Assembly (NCBI GenBank): GCA_010909165.1
Contig: VJWM01000025.1
Span: forward strand, 3,038,001-3,102,000
Length of the DNA: 64,000 bases
Direction: 5' to 3'
DNA from: Anthoceros angustus
Lineage: Eukaryota; Plantae; Anthocerotophyta
The notes under the pieces were generated by a model, which was not told the DNA's origin, did not search any database, and was given only the letters and a program-made list of their open reading frames with translations. The first letter of the stretch is position 1; every line of letters begins with the position of its first letter. This document shows positions 62,291 to 64,000 of the stretch, piece by piece. A program made the position numbers and the translations under genes.

Positions 62291-62834
62291 TGGAAATCAG
62301 TCCGGATCCGAGCGGGGATCATTCACCTCGGCTGCTTCCCAGTGTGCTTGTCTCCGCTCGCAGGGTTGAGAACCACCTGCACCATTTCTCAATGGGGATA
62401 ACGGAGGCCCTTCTCGTTTGCATCATGCCGGACAGACACACTTGTGCACCCAAAGCACCACCACTGCTCTTCACTTGTCGCAATCTCCTCGAAAACAGCA
62501 AGGCGTGTCGGTTCCATAGCCTACCAGCAGTATTGCCAACTTGACAGTCCAAGCATGAGCAACCGTGCGAGCTCGATTTGGATCACTCCTCGTCCATGGC
62601 GTGTGTTTCGCGTACAGCATGTGTGCTCATTGCTGATTTTAATTTTCTATAAGGCATTCTCCAAAATTAATACCATTCATTTTCAGCTTCATATAGATAA
62701 ACTGTGAAGGGTAAAAATAGAGCTTGTAATTTCCAGGACATAATTCCCAGATTTGTGTGTGTGCGCGATGAGTGTGGAGGGCGACACCTGCTGCAGAGTA
62801 CTAACCTTAGCTGAGTTCATCGTTCGAGTGTGAT

Positions 62835-62948
62835 ATGTGTCGATTGCTTGGCTGACCTCCTTGCTTACCGGGTGGGTCGAACTTGCCCCGACATGTGTAG
62901 ATTGCTTGGGTGACCTCCTTGCTTACCGGGTGGGTCGAACTTGCCCCG
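62835..62948. repeat. 58-bp-period two-copy tandem repeat
   Basis: atgtgt(c/a)gattgcttgg(c/g)tgacctccttgcttaccgggtgggtcgaacttgccccg occurs twice. Confidence 0.9.
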
Positions 62949-64000
62949 TAGCCACAACCCTTATGTCATACCAAACACCCCAGGACTACCAAACCACAAA
63001 CACCCATCAACATGCTCTAATTGCCACAGCGAAGCAGGTAATCTACACGCAATCTGCATGCCACACAAACGTGGCCACTGCACACAAAACCCATAGGCAT
63101 ACCACACCCATGGTTAATCACAACTCACACCACGGGTTTTGTATGGCACACCACATAAAAACCATGCAAAACCTGTAGCCCGAGGCGAAAGGGGACAACC
63201 CAAGACGGGGCACCAAGCCAAGGGGGCGTAATAAAAGTGGAAGCTTGTAAATATGCTTGGATTGCCTGTTATAAAAGACGAATATGGAGACAATATAAAG
63301 AGAACAAGACGGGAAATCCACGCGCCACACAGACCTAGACACTCCAAATCGGCCGAAATTTGAACCGGACAGTGGCACGGATGTCATTGCTCCCCTTGCG
63401 ATCGAGCCCAATGTTTGGGAGGTGTTCCCTCCTTCTACATCCTCGGTGAGCCGCTTCCTAGACACAAAACCGGCTTAGGCACCTGCCCCGCAACATCGAT
63501 TGCAAGAGGAAGGCAAAAAAAAAATTATGCACCTTGCTAACTTGCTCCCAGCATTGGCTTCCCTCCCCTTCTGCCGCTGCTCTAGACGAGGCGACCACAT
63601 TGTGTAGGCGAGCAGGTAGTCGCTTCCAAAGTTGCTTGAGTGCTTCCGCGCATAACCAAAAGCTCCCACACTCGCAGCTGCTTCATTCCCCCAAGGCCTG
63701 AAGATGACGGCACGGTAGCGCGCATCATCCTCACATCCGTAGTCACAGGAGTACTCGTTTTGAATATATTGTCTATGTATACCAGCTAACTCTTTTGAAG
63801 CCTTGGTCGAAGCACACAAAGGAGCTACAAATGGAGCTGGTGGACCTTGCTCACCGGGTATTTCCTTCTGTCACAAACCTAGATGGGATTGGGAGCAGGT
63901 TTTCCCAAGCCCATCGAACTCGCACCCACAACTGCCTGAAGCGGATGAAGATGGCAGCATGGCAATTGCGGGAGAAGGGGAAATATGACAAACCGGACAA

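Noticed and set aside
63118-64000. Possible degenerate NLR-type LRR fragments on the minus strand (PSSSGLGGMKQLRVWEL, CWEQVSKVH)
   Set aside because: Short matches scattered over three frames at the window edge; cannot be supported without a profile search and flanking sequence.

Overview
Gene-dense, GC-rich nuclear DNA from a seed-free land plant with short GT-AG introns. The compact layout plus a KP-type PPR-DYW gene suggests a hornwort (Anthoceros-like); this is inference. Left to right: ACD11 (partial), fibrillin, a USP-fold plastid protein, SEC23D-like, a frameshifted LRR receptor-like pseudogene, transaldolase, a YacP/Rae1-like NYN RNase, a TLC-domain protein, a degenerate legume lectin head-to-head with a short F-box ORF, an NXPE/PC-esterase-like gene and a UBC37-like fragment. 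Next comes a transposon block: a rearranged Ty1/copia element with a nested LINE and a second LINE 3' end. It is followed by a dead WW-type PPR-DYW, IQM, a PCH1-like gene, NUP205, a three-exon mitochondrial ATP synthase subunit e gene absent from the ORF track, RPN2, and an intact PLS-PPR DYW:KP gene. Highlights: the DYW:KP protein is a candidate reverse (U-to-C) RNA editor with a readable target code; the PCH1-like phytochrome partner appears in a probable bryophyte; two LINE 3' ends share a covarying stem-loop; and the copia carries microhomology-bounded internal duplications. All homology calls are from recalled motifs, with no database search run.
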